DNA of 32,301 bases from a virus. Below are positions 15,222 through 24,472 of the stretch, in pieces. The notes beneath the pieces were generated by a model, which did no database searches, had not been told where the DNA came from, and worked only from the letters and a program-made list of their open reading frames with translations. Each line of letters begins with the position of its first letter. Positions within the stretch are counted from its first letter, which is position 1. The position numbers were made by a program, and so were the translations under genes. The stretch lies in IMG/VR virus record IMGVR_UViG_3300006100_000043. One strand, 5' to 3'.

Positions 15222-16643
15222 ATGACCTCGATGTTCGATTTTGACGATTCAGTAAACATTGCTTTTGATGCAAAGATTGCTGGTAAGAATCTCGTAACCG
15301 CTAAGCACGAATTGCTTACAAAGACCGGTGAGTTCCTTTTCTTGGCCCACAGCGATCACGAGCTTGCTAGCCGCATGCAAATGGTAGAGAAGGACATCGA
15401 GAAGGTTGCCCACCGTCGTCTTGCTTCAGTTAGCGACTCTAAGGCTAAGCTTGTCCGCGCTGTATACGATGAATGGCAGATTCGTCACGCTCGTTGTGAA
15501 ATGTGCAAGCTTGCATGGGGTTTGAACCCCATCTCTGACCTTGGTCAAGCGATTACTGACATTGGTGGCGCTGCTGGTAAGGCAACCAGATCCGTTGTTA
15601 ACGACCTGTCTGGCGCTGCTGGCGCTGTTGGTCGTGGTGTACGTGATCTTGGCCACGATGCTGCAGGACTTGGTAGAAACCTTTCTGGCGATGCTAAGAC
15701 TGTTGCTCGTGGTGTTGGTGAAGCTGCCGGTACCGCTGTTAATGGTCTCGAGAACGTTGGTAAGGGTGCAATTGACATTGCAAAGAAGGCTCCTGGCGTT
15801 CTCGACAATGTTGCCCGTGGTGTTGGCAATGCAATTGGTCAAGGTGCTCACGACACCGCAGGTGCTTTTGATACTGCTAGACACGATACTGCAGGTGCTG
15901 CTGACGCAGCAGGCCGTGGTATCTCACGTGGATTCGACGTAGCTAGACACGACACCGCAGGTGCTTTTGATACTGCTAGACACGATACTGCAGGTGCTGC
16001 TGACGCAGCAGGCAGAGCTATTGGTCAAGGTGCTAACGATGTTGCACGTGGATTTGATGTAGTGCGTCACGATACTGCAGGTGCTGCTGACGCAGCAGGC
16101 CGTGGTATTAGCAATGATGCTAAGTCCGTTGCTCGTGGTTTGGGCCAGGGTGCTGGTGCTGCTGTAAATGCCGGTGAAAGTTTCATGGGCGATGTAGCTC
16201 GTGGATTCGACGTAGCTAGACACGATACTGCAGGTGCTGCTGACGCAGCAGGCAGAGCTATTGGTCAAGGTGCTAGAGATGTTGCAGGCGTTGCTAAGAC
16301 TGTCGGTACCGATGCTGTTAAGGGTGTAGCTGCTCCGTTCGCCGGGGCTGTTAGCGCCGTTGGATCAATGGGAAGCCAATTTATTCAGGGCTTTGAGAGC
16401 AAGGAAGACAACGACAACAAGAGAGGACCTAGCACATCAACTGGTGGTCCTGGCGGATCAGGTGCACCTGCTGCTGGATCTGCAGGTACTATGCGATCGA
16501 CTCCTGCTTCTCAAGCGATTAACAGTGCAAAAGCTAAGTTGACACCTGACACTGATCACGACAATGACACAGGCGATGCAAACGAAGCCAACAAGACAAT
16601 TGGCGACAAGAGAACATCGTACGATAGAAATTTTCCCTGGTAA
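15222..16643 (+). CDS. Gly/Ala-rich tandem-repeat protein (473 aa), probably abundant virion-associated
   Basis: Strong RBS TAAGGAGTAACACG-ATG. The central 250 aa are degenerate 11-residue repeats with at least six copies of HDTAGA(A/F)D(A/T)A(G/R) and four of RGFDV(A/V)R. C-terminal Gly/Ser/Asp-rich tail. Confidence 0.8.
   Translation: MTSMFDFDDSVNIAFDAKIAGKNLVTAKHELLTKTGEFLFLAHSDHELASRMQMVEKDIEKVAHRRLASVSDSKAKLVRAVYDEWQIRHARCEMCKLAWGLNPISDLGQAITDIGGAAGKATRSVVNDLSGAAGAVGRGVRDLGHDAAGLGRNLSGDAKTVARGVGEAAGTAVNGLENVGKGAIDIAKKAPGVLDNVARGVGNAIGQGAHDTAGAFDTARHDTAGAADAAGRGISRGFDVARHDTAGAFDTARHDTAGAADAAGRAIGQGANDVARGFDVVRHDTAGAADAAGRGISNDAKSVARGLGQGAGAAVNAGESFMGDVARGFDVARHDTAGAADAAGRAIGQGARDVAGVAKTVGTDAVKGVAAPFAGAVSAVGSMGSQFIQGFESKEDNDNKRGPSTSTGGPGGSGAPAAGSAGTMRSTPASQAINSAKAKLTPDTDHDNDTGDANEANKTIGDKRTSYDRNFPW
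15849..16274 (+). repeat. Intragenic tandem DNA repeats (66-bp perfect duplicate with 99-bp period, plus two further 33-35-bp copies)
   Basis: 15849-15914 is identical to 15948-16013. Core gacacgatactgcaggtgctgctgacgcagcaggc recurs at ~15880, ~15979, ~16068 and ~16219. gcagagctattggtcaaggtgct occurs at 16011-16034 and 16251-16274. Confidence 0.85.
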
Positions 16644-16668
16644 CCACAAACCCAGGGTTTAGTGGTAC
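16644..16668 (+). terminator. Weak stem-loop after repeat-protein stop (ccctgg...ccaggg / aaacc-cag-ggttt) with only a 3-T tail
   Basis: Inverted repeats directly after TAA 16641-16643; poor T-run, so intrinsic-terminator status is doubtful. Confidence 0.2.
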
Positions 16669-16699
16669 AACTGCGAAAATTAAAAATGCTTTCAATCTA

Positions 16700-17392
16700 T
16701 TGAGAAATGCTTCTGGCACAACGCCAGCGCCTGGTTCTCTTGATTACGTCGATTCATTGTTACACATCACTTCACCTGCAGCAACTACTCAGACTAAAAC
16801 TCCAGCAGCAGCTGGATCGGATGAGGGTGAACTTAGCCCTTTGAAAAAAGAAGAGCTTCAGAAGGTAATCAACCAAGACCGTAGAATGCACATCAATGTT
16901 CCGCAGAGTGCAATTGATGAAGTTAACGCACCAGCAGATACCCCTCAAGAAGATCAGACTGAAAAAGCAGTTAAGTCTCGTCAAAAAGGAGAAGCAGAGA
17001 CTGCCAGGGCCAATGAATCTAAGGGTCCTATTAGACAGCCTACCACTCCAACGCCTGGTACAAAAACACCGACTAACGTGGCACCAGTTGCACCAGTTTC
17101 CAATAAGCCAGTAAAGCCTGTCGTTGCACCAATTCCAGCAGGCGTGGTAAAGACACCGATCGTTCCAGCTCAAACATCTCCTGTTAAGCCTGTTGTGCCG
17201 CAAGGCACACCAACAGGTTCTCCTGGTAAAACCGGTCCTGGCAAGGATCTCGGTTTTAAGTCTGTGCCAGCAACAACATCTCCTACTGTAAACATGAATC
17301 CTAAGCCCAAGGCTACTGCCCCAACTACATCAGGTACTGGAAGTAGTGCGGAGCAGGCCATTCAAAATGGCGCCGCGTTCCTAGGTGTATAA
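16700..17392 (+). CDS. Pro/Thr/Val-rich low-complexity protein (230 aa); start codon uncertain (TTG)
   Basis: Long open frame with no in-frame ATG until codon 62; the track start is TTG 16700. Motifs TPTPGTKTPT, PVKPVVAPIPAGVVKTPIVPAQTSPVKPVVP. Confidence 0.5.
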   Translation: MRNASGTTPAPGSLDYVDSLLHITSPAATTQTKTPAAAGSDEGELSPLKKEELQKVINQDRRMHINVPQSAIDEVNAPADTPQEDQTEKAVKSRQKGEAETARANESKGPIRQPTTPTPGTKTPTNVAPVAPVSNKPVKPVVAPIPAGVVKTPIVPAQTSPVKPVVPQGTPTGSPGKTGPGKDLGFKSVPATTSPTVNMNPKPKATAPTTSGTGSSAEQAIQNGAAFLGV

Positions 17393-17402
17393 TAAATAGA
17401 TT

Positions 17403-20400
17403 ATGTACAATTCAAAGAACAACCAAAAAGTTGCAGCAGAGCAAGATACATATGCATTTGCCAAATCATTAGACGATGCTGCTCATGGTGGTGATCTCGG
17501 TAAAAGAATTGGTGTTACCAATATTTCCACGCAAGCTGGCTTGTGGGACCGTTCCAAGAAGCTGTGGAGCGAAGGTGTCTACCCGAAAGCATCGGAACTA
17601 ACACCAGGTACATTTGCCACACCATTCGCTGGCCTTCAAGAACAATTGTCTAGTATGCCTGCGGTTACAAAAGGTGGCAACCAAGGTGAACGTGTAATTG
17701 GTGGTTTTAAAAACGCTGATACTGGCCACTCATATGCAATGAGAATGTTCTACCAACCAGATGGTGACAACCACCGTCTTAAGGTATCTGTGCATTTGCC
17801 AGAAAGCGGAGTAAACGCTCACGGCAATCATATCTATGACGTTGAATCAGGTAAGTGGCACCTTCCCGGCGAATCTCACGATAGCCCAGAAGCAATTTCT
17901 TCTTACAACCCCATGGAAGTAATGCAAAGCGCACCAGAAGACTTTGCTAATGCAACTCAATGGACTAAATTCAACACGCCATCTCACTCAGATGGTTTTT
18001 GCAAATCTTGCAAGCGTTTCCCAAGATTTCTTAGCCGCATGCTTAAGATTATGCGACCAGAGAATTGTACAGCTTGTGGAATGCGTGGTGGTGCTCCTGA
18101 GTACCCATGGGAACCTGGTACGTTCGTTGATTTAAACTCAGAAAATGGAACTGGTGTTCAGACCAGTGCTTTTTCTCAATACATGGGGCCAATCTGTCGT
18201 AACAAAAAATGCATTAGTTACAATAAGTCTATCGCTTCCGAGCCAGCGTTTGTAACTCCTGATTACCAGGTAGTTTACCCCGGTGCCGTCGGTGCACAAG
18301 GCAAGAAAATTTACCAGTTAACACCAGCCAAAGTGTCTGAGTTCAGAGATCTTAGAGCAGAGAGAGAATCTAAGAGAACAGAAATTTCTCGGCGGATTAA
18401 CGATGCCAGACTCCTTGGTGACTTGGGCGAAAATGGTGATTACCACGCAGCAAGAGATGAACAGTCTTCAAATGAATACATGATTTCATCATTAGCAGAA
18501 ATGCTTGCAAACCATGAAATCGTTGATAGCTACAAGCCTGATCACAAGCACCTAGAAGAACCAGGTCAGACGACTGCACCATCAAGAATGGTATATGATA
18601 ATCCCATTATCAAGGAAGCCGTAGAGCGTGGCGGTGCAAAAGCAATTAGCTTGCCAGCTGCAAGTTTAGAATGCGATCATGAAGATTGCCCTGACACAGT
18701 TCTTGATCAAACAACTGGAAGAATTAATACAAGTAGACCAATTAGAACTCATGTCGATAAGTTCCCAAAGCTCGGTATTTTGCCATGCCAACACTGTCGT
18801 CGCGGCGCTGCAAGTGGTGTCAAAACTGTAACCACCGAAGATGGATACACAAGATGTGATCCTTCAGAGTACGGTGCCAACACATGCGCACCATTGCCGC
18901 AAAGAATTGCTGATGATCGTGCAGATGATTACTTTAGCTGGTTTGATCCAGACCCCGTAGACAAATACCCTGTAATTAAAAAAGATGCTGGAACGGGTAT
19001 GGGAGTTCTTTTTCAACGTACTGAAGACGAGCAGGATCCAAACAAGCCCAATGGTACATACCCTGGTACTCAAAGAATTTTCATGAAAAACCCATCCAGT
19101 GGTAGAGATCCAGTCGGCAACGGCTATGAGAGCCCCAGAGATTACTTCAAGTTTGGTAAGAAGTCCCCATGGACACGTTTCGGCATGTTCGGACGCAAAA
19201 TCATGGATCGACTGCCCTTGGTTGATCATGAAAGTGACGAAGCAAAGGAATACGCTACAAAGTACAATTTGGCTGATCAGGTAAGAACAGAGATGGGTAG
19301 TGCCAATCTTAGTGAAGACGATATCAACCGTAATGCCAACATTGAAGCAGCCAGCAAGATCAATGGAAAAATTTTAAGTGAACATCGCTCCAAGGCGCAG
19401 GGTTCATTGGCTGAAGAACGCATTACACCTGAAGACTTCGAAGAACTCTCATCAACACCGGTAATTGGTAGCTTAGATAGTATATCAGACACTGATCCTG
19501 TGCTTACGACTTCTATTAATCCTTTTAGATTGCCAGAAGATATTGATGAACGCATAAAGCCACAAACAGCAGTCGATGAACTGGGTCGCGAAGTTGCTCC
19601 TGGTGAGGATCTGAGCCAGGAAGACTATGACCTTGCACGTGGTTACGAGGCACGAAGCATCCCTACGGTATCAAGTATTGTTTCGGATCTTGCTCAGGGA
19701 ACAGGTACATCGCACGATCCAATTCGCTTTAGAGAAAAGCGCGGTTCTCGAAGAATTGTTGCTAATGCATCTGGTTTTGTTTATCCAAAACAAGTTCCTA
19801 TGAGTCTCGATAGTGGTGTTGATTGGGATGATCTTTACGGTGCTCGTCCTGATCTTGTCATACCTGATACACCAGATCAGGAAGAAGTTTTCCAAACTCA
19901 GAAAGCAGTAACACCTGGAGAATCATTGGCAATTGCTCAGAATGAAGTCACAGACTGTCCTGAATGCAAAACCATGTCGATCCTTAACAATGTGCGAGGA
20001 ATGGTGCCACAATCAGCGGTATACGTATCACCGCACTGCCCAACGTCACAATGCCCAGGTGGAGAAGAATGCCACAGTGATATGACCAACAGAAGCCCTC
20101 ACTGTCACGGCTGCAAGGATCCAAAAATTTGTGTTGGCAGAAAGAGAAAAGTTTGGCGCAATGTAGATGCAGTCTGCTCAACCTGTGATAATAACGGGTT
20201 TGTAAGCCCTTCAAAGGTTGCTGACAGGGTTATTCCTGCAATTGGAGAAGGAGCACAGCGTAGAGATATTGGTCACGAAGATATCGTTGGAAATCCAACC
20301 AATGCAATGGATGTGTTTAATGATAGAATCGGTGAATCAGCTCTCGGTGATCTCGAAAGCCATGGTATTGAAACCACTGGTCTTAGCGTTGATGCGATCA

Positions 20401-20972
20401 ACCGTGCTAGAGAAATTGCTAACTGGCAGCGTCAAAAGGACAGAGAACAAGGTCTTATCGTCCATGATTTTGAACTCGAAAACGAAGCTTCAGATCTAAA
20501 GAAGCTTGGGCCTGCGGCATACTTGCAAGCAGTGGAAAATGGCGTCTATGATGCTGATCAACCACTTATTGCTAGTCTAGAACAAGACGTACAAGATATG
20601 GTAACCGAACCACCCCGTGAGGGATTGACAAATCTGCAGTTTGATTCACCAGCTGCTCTTGAACGCGTTAGAAGATTGCGTGAAGATGCACCAAGAGAGA
20701 AGCTTGTAAAGCGTGATGAAAAAGACGATTCTCCATATGTCAGCACAACAGAAGTTAATAATATCCCTGTGGCGCGTATAGAACATGATGAGAAATGCAC
20801 GAAATGTAACCGCGGAATTATTATACCTGAGGTAGTTGGTCCAGAAGAAATGAGAAGAATCAACAACGTAATTGGTCAGGCTACTGCTCAGATTAGAAGA
20901 ACAGTCCCAGCAGAACAGCAGCCTGCGGCAATCAACCAGATGATAGCTGACCAGATGAAGTGTAGAGGATAG
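17403..20972 (+). CDS. Very large hypothetical protein (1189 aa) with multiple Cys-knuckle clusters
   Basis: Uninterrupted 3.57-kb ORF. Cys clusters include CKSCKRF...CTACGMRGG, CDHEDC, CQHCRRG, CPECKT, CPTSQCPGGEECH...HCHGCKDPKIC...CSTCDNNG and CTKCNRG. No Walker A or polymerase motifs found. Confidence 0.8.
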   Translation: MYNSKNNQKVAAEQDTYAFAKSLDDAAHGGDLGKRIGVTNISTQAGLWDRSKKLWSEGVYPKASELTPGTFATPFAGLQEQLSSMPAVTKGGNQGERVIGGFKNADTGHSYAMRMFYQPDGDNHRLKVSVHLPESGVNAHGNHIYDVESGKWHLPGESHDSPEAISSYNPMEVMQSAPEDFANATQWTKFNTPSHSDGFCKSCKRFPRFLSRMLKIMRPENCTACGMRGGAPEYPWEPGTFVDLNSENGTGVQTSAFSQYMGPICRNKKCISYNKSIASEPAFVTPDYQVVYPGAVGAQGKKIYQLTPAKVSEFRDLRAERESKRTEISRRINDARLLGDLGENGDYHAARDEQSSNEYMISSLAEMLANHEIVDSYKPDHKHLEEPGQTTAPSRMVYDNPIIKEAVERGGAKAISLPAASLECDHEDCPDTVLDQTTGRINTSRPIRTHVDKFPKLGILPCQHCRRGAASGVKTVTTEDGYTRCDPSEYGANTCAPLPQRIADDRADDYFSWFDPDPVDKYPVIKKDAGTGMGVLFQRTEDEQDPNKPNGTYPGTQRIFMKNPSSGRDPVGNGYESPRDYFKFGKKSPWTRFGMFGRKIMDRLPLVDHESDEAKEYATKYNLADQVRTEMGSANLSEDDINRNANIEAASKINGKILSEHRSKAQGSLAEERITPEDFEELSSTPVIGSLDSISDTDPVLTTSINPFRLPEDIDERIKPQTAVDELGREVAPGEDLSQEDYDLARGYEARSIPTVSSIVSDLAQGTGTSHDPIRFREKRGSRRIVANASGFVYPKQVPMSLDSGVDWDDLYGARPDLVIPDTPDQEEVFQTQKAVTPGESLAIAQNEVTDCPECKTMSILNNVRGMVPQSAVYVSPHCPTSQCPGGEECHSDMTNRSPHCHGCKDPKICVGRKRKVWRNVDAVCSTCDNNGFVSPSKVADRVIPAIGEGAQRRDIGHEDIVGNPTNAMDVFNDRIGESALGDLESHGIETTGLSVDAINRAREIANWQRQKDREQGLIVHDFELENEASDLKKLGPAAYLQAVENGVYDADQPLIASLEQDVQDMVTEPPREGLTNLQFDSPAALERVRRLREDAPREKLVKRDEKDDSPYVSTTEVNNIPVARIEHDEKCTKCNRGIIIPEVVGPEEMRRINNVIGQATAQIRRTVPAEQQPAAINQMIADQMKCRG

Positions 20973-20973
20973 C

Positions 20974-21729
20974 ATGGCGGGTAAGAACGTTATTTTTAGA
21001 ATTGGCATCTCTCAGAACCCTTGCGAAAGAGCAATCGATCGTGCCGAGCTGTCAGACGAAGCATACTTGCGCAGACACGGTGTAAGCAAGGCGGCTGACA
21101 ACGTATGCGATGGATTGGATCACACTGATCCTAATCGACAGGAAATTTTCCTAAGAGACCGATTGGATGCTGCCATGTTGACTGACCCTCGAGCAGTTGA
21201 CACTAGACAGCACAATCCTCAAGCAGAAATTGTCAATATCCTCGCAGGTAAATCACCCGTCCTCAGCTGCGCAAATCACGCACAGTCATACAAGGACAAT
21301 GGGAACAAGGTTACTTTGATTACTCAGTTTTTCCGTCCAAGATTAAACCCAGGTGAATCGCCATCACTACAACGTTTGTTCGTTAAGCGTTATAACTACA
21401 GAAGACAGCGTGCAGAAGATATTGCAAAGCGCGAACGCGAATTCGATGCTCAAAACAATGCTGCAGAAGCTGCCAACCCGATCAATTCAACACCAAGTAA
21501 TTGGTCTTCCGATAAGTTCACCCCAGTGTGGACAAACAATACAGAACTCCCAGAAGAGACACCAGAAGAAACTCCAACCACTGATTACGGCATTGCAAAT
21601 ATTGTAAACCAGTTCCAGGCTGCTCTCTACGGATCAGAGATGGTAGATGGTCCAACCGACACCAATGCCAGTAGCCATGTAGCGGCTCCAAGCACGGGAA
21701 CACCACCACAACCACCACAGGTATTCTAA
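20974..21729 (+). CDS. Hypothetical protein (251 aa)
   Basis: ATG 1 nt after the upstream TAG; C-terminal Pro-rich PPQPPQ. Confidence 0.7.
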   Translation: MAGKNVIFRIGISQNPCERAIDRAELSDEAYLRRHGVSKAADNVCDGLDHTDPNRQEIFLRDRLDAAMLTDPRAVDTRQHNPQAEIVNILAGKSPVLSCANHAQSYKDNGNKVTLITQFFRPRLNPGESPSLQRLFVKRYNYRRQRAEDIAKREREFDAQNNAAEAANPINSTPSNWSSDKFTPVWTNNTELPEETPEETPTTDYGIANIVNQFQAALYGSEMVDGPTDTNASSHVAAPSTGTPPQPPQVF

Positions 21730-21730
21730 C

Positions 21731-24472
21731 ATGCGTACATTCAGATTCGTTAAAGATGCAGAAAGCAAGAAAAAGAATAGCGGCGGCAAAAAGAAGAAGA
21801 CTGAGCCAGTAGCTATTGACTGGGGTAGCCTTGGTGTACCAGAAAGCGGCGGCTCCGATTGGCACGTCGACGCAGAACAACAGGAAGCCATCGAGCAACA
21901 CCGTGTAGGCATTGAAGAATACAAGGCACGTCGTCGTCAATTCCTTGAAAGAAGAAGACAGACTCGTCAAGCATATGGTATTCTGCACGGAGATCCACGA
22001 GCACTGTTGAAGTGGATGGCAGAAGGCGGTGTTGGCAGTATGCCAGACGAAGCCGCTGCTTCTATTTCTCCTTATCACAGATCAATGCCGCAGTTCCGCG
22101 AAAGAAGAGACAGTTTGGGTAGGCTCAAGATCGAGCGCGTAAAAGAACTTCTGGAGAGTCCTGGATCCGGCTACACACAACACGTTATTCCAGTTGAATC
22201 ATATGCGCACAATGAACATTGGAAGCGCATTGCTCCAAAGGGTATGAAGGTATTCATTAAGAACGATAAGTTGCCGAGTTCAGGCATTAAAGTGCGTTCA
22301 TTGGAATCAAGCCCCATTCTTGAAGCACGACGTTTAGCAGATATGAAGAAAGCAGTTACGCAGCTTCGCCAAGAAACTGGTGGGTATGAAGTTATCGACT
22401 CATTAAATCCCAACCACCCTCTCAACATCTTTGAGGCTGAGGGTCCTGAAGCAATGTTCGCAAGAATTTTTACTGATCGCCATCAGTTCGCTAGACCAAC
22501 ATCTGAGAAAGTAATTGAGAGCGCAGTCGGTGAATCTGGAGAGCCGCAAGAAGTTAAGGTAGACCCTCTTTCTTTGACTAGTATTTGTACTTGTGGTTCT
22601 GCAGAAGATCGACACGTAACACCAGAAGAAGCGACAGAGCATCATGCTTTGACAGGTGAACACCTTGAGATTCACCCATTTTCACCACAGTACATCATGG
22701 AAAGAGACGGAACACCAACGCCTGGCAGAGTGTTCCGTGCTGGTAATTCTATGCTATTGCGGGCTAAGACAACTCCAAAGCGTGGTGACAACGCTCTTGA
22801 AGTCCCTGCGACTGAGTGGAAGCGTATGGACGATGGCATGGGTTATCGTCTTATGCCGCTCGTTAAATTGGGTGAAACAGCTGAGCGTATTCGACGCATC
22901 TTAATTAAGGGTACAGGTCGTGATAAAGACGGTAGAGAAGTCATGCCCTTTATTAAGCCTGATTCTGACAATTGGACCACATGTAAGGGTTCTGAGTTAA
23001 CAGGTCCTTGCTATGGAGGAAAGCTTAAGCCACGTCGTAGTACCAGCGCAATTCCCTGTGACTGCTGTGAGCCCGATGTTGTTAACAGAGATCCTGAAAC
23101 TGGTAATCCAATATCGGTAGGTCTCGGAAACGGTAGAATCCGTATCCTGGATGATGCTCACAAGCCTTTGTGCCCAACTTGCAATGGACAAGGATTCAAG
23201 CTTAAGGGCAGCAAGTCAGAATCTGAAAAGATTGATTGCGAAACATGCGCTGGCAAAGGGACAGACCCAGCAGCAGATAGTAGTGTTGGAATCCCTTGCA
23301 CGAATTGTGGCACATCGAACGGTGCAATCCTTACGACCGATGATAACCGTTGCCCAATCTGCAAAGGAACTGGTAAGGGAATTGAGAAGGTAAAGCCAAG
23401 AGCGCAGCAGCAGGAAGTTTTCCTAAGACAGGATAGCGTTGTCGAAGGTAACCCCGTGGTGTTGGAAGAATTCTCTGCTAAGGGTCATGGGAATTCAGGA
23501 GTAGATGCGTGGAAAGCGCACGCTCATCCGCAGTGCACACGTTGTGGCGGAGATGATGAATATCAGACTGACTCGGGTCTTCCTTGCAATTGCAGAATAG
23601 CGTCTTTCGACGACAAGAAATCTTTGGTTGCGCCTAGTAACATGAGATTCGTTACACCAGAAGGTGTCAGCGTGCCGAATGGGTTGTTCCAGTTCGCGAT
23701 GACCAAAGCATATCCAGAAGAAGGTACGAACCCTCACAGATTCGTCAATGACTTTGAAACCATTGACCCATCCACCGATCTACCATATGACATTGAATTG
23801 CCATCTGACGATCCTGATCGTGAAACCGAAAACGTTGTTCGATACCAGAATTCCAGTGGCGGACGAATCGATGCTAGAAACTACTTGGGACACTATGAAA
23901 ATGGTATCAACATCCCAGAATCTGCTATGAAATGGTTGCAAGAGAGAAGCGCACAGCACCGTTCAAGTAGAAACGCAAAATTTTGCGCAGCAAATGCTGA
24001 GCTCGAGGATATCTATTCGTTGCTTACTAAGCATATCGCAGAATATCCTATCAACATACCTGGTCTAAAGGTCGAGAAGCCAAAGGCTCAAACGTTGGGT
24101 AACGGCAGTATAAGTGGTCCTTCTTTGCACAAGAGTGTGCAAGAAGCAATTCCTCAGATTGCTCAGTCTCTGCAAAGCGCGGGAGTTAACCCAGAAAGCG
24201 TTGAAATGGCACCGGTATTAGAAGCAGCTTCTAACCTACAATTTGCACGCGATGCTGGTCACCCAGAGGATGAACACTGGGATAACTATAATCAAGCTTT
24301 GAGTCGTGCTGTTGGAGGAATTTTCCAGAACCAGAGACAAGATGTTCCAGAAGGAAGTTACTTGACCCCTAGCAAGATTCGTTCTATGCTAAAGGGACTG
24401 CCGCAACCACTCGATACTCAGCCGGATGCACAATCACAGATTCCAGAGCAGACAGCAGATACCAATGCCTGA
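21731..24472 (+). CDS. Large hypothetical protein (913 aa) containing a DnaJ-type CR zinc-finger domain (CxxCxGxG x4)
   Basis: CPTCNGQG, CETCAGKG, CTNCGTSNG and CPICKGTGKG lie within 70 aa (nt 23171-23380). Lys-rich N-terminus KKKNSGGKKKKT. Additional Cys cluster TCKGSELTGPCYGG...CDCCEPD. Confidence 0.8.
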   Translation: MRTFRFVKDAESKKKNSGGKKKKTEPVAIDWGSLGVPESGGSDWHVDAEQQEAIEQHRVGIEEYKARRRQFLERRRQTRQAYGILHGDPRALLKWMAEGGVGSMPDEAAASISPYHRSMPQFRERRDSLGRLKIERVKELLESPGSGYTQHVIPVESYAHNEHWKRIAPKGMKVFIKNDKLPSSGIKVRSLESSPILEARRLADMKKAVTQLRQETGGYEVIDSLNPNHPLNIFEAEGPEAMFARIFTDRHQFARPTSEKVIESAVGESGEPQEVKVDPLSLTSICTCGSAEDRHVTPEEATEHHALTGEHLEIHPFSPQYIMERDGTPTPGRVFRAGNSMLLRAKTTPKRGDNALEVPATEWKRMDDGMGYRLMPLVKLGETAERIRRILIKGTGRDKDGREVMPFIKPDSDNWTTCKGSELTGPCYGGKLKPRRSTSAIPCDCCEPDVVNRDPETGNPISVGLGNGRIRILDDAHKPLCPTCNGQGFKLKGSKSESEKIDCETCAGKGTDPAADSSVGIPCTNCGTSNGAILTTDDNRCPICKGTGKGIEKVKPRAQQQEVFLRQDSVVEGNPVVLEEFSAKGHGNSGVDAWKAHAHPQCTRCGGDDEYQTDSGLPCNCRIASFDDKKSLVAPSNMRFVTPEGVSVPNGLFQFAMTKAYPEEGTNPHRFVNDFETIDPSTDLPYDIELPSDDPDRETENVVRYQNSSGGRIDARNYLGHYENGINIPESAMKWLQERSAQHRSSRNAKFCAANAELEDIYSLLTKHIAEYPINIPGLKVEKPKAQTLGNGSISGPSLHKSVQEAIPQIAQSLQSAGVNPESVEMAPVLEAASNLQFARDAGHPEDEHWDNYNQALSRAVGGIFQNQRQDVPEGSYLTPSKIRSMLKGLPQPLDTQPDAQSQIPEQTADTNA

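Noticed and set aside
15426-16268. Minus-strand ORFs 15426..15884, 15545..15829, 15924..16268 opposite the repeat protein
   Set aside because: These are antisense to a strongly supported, highly repetitive GC/GCT-rich coding region. Repeat-driven open frames, no start context.
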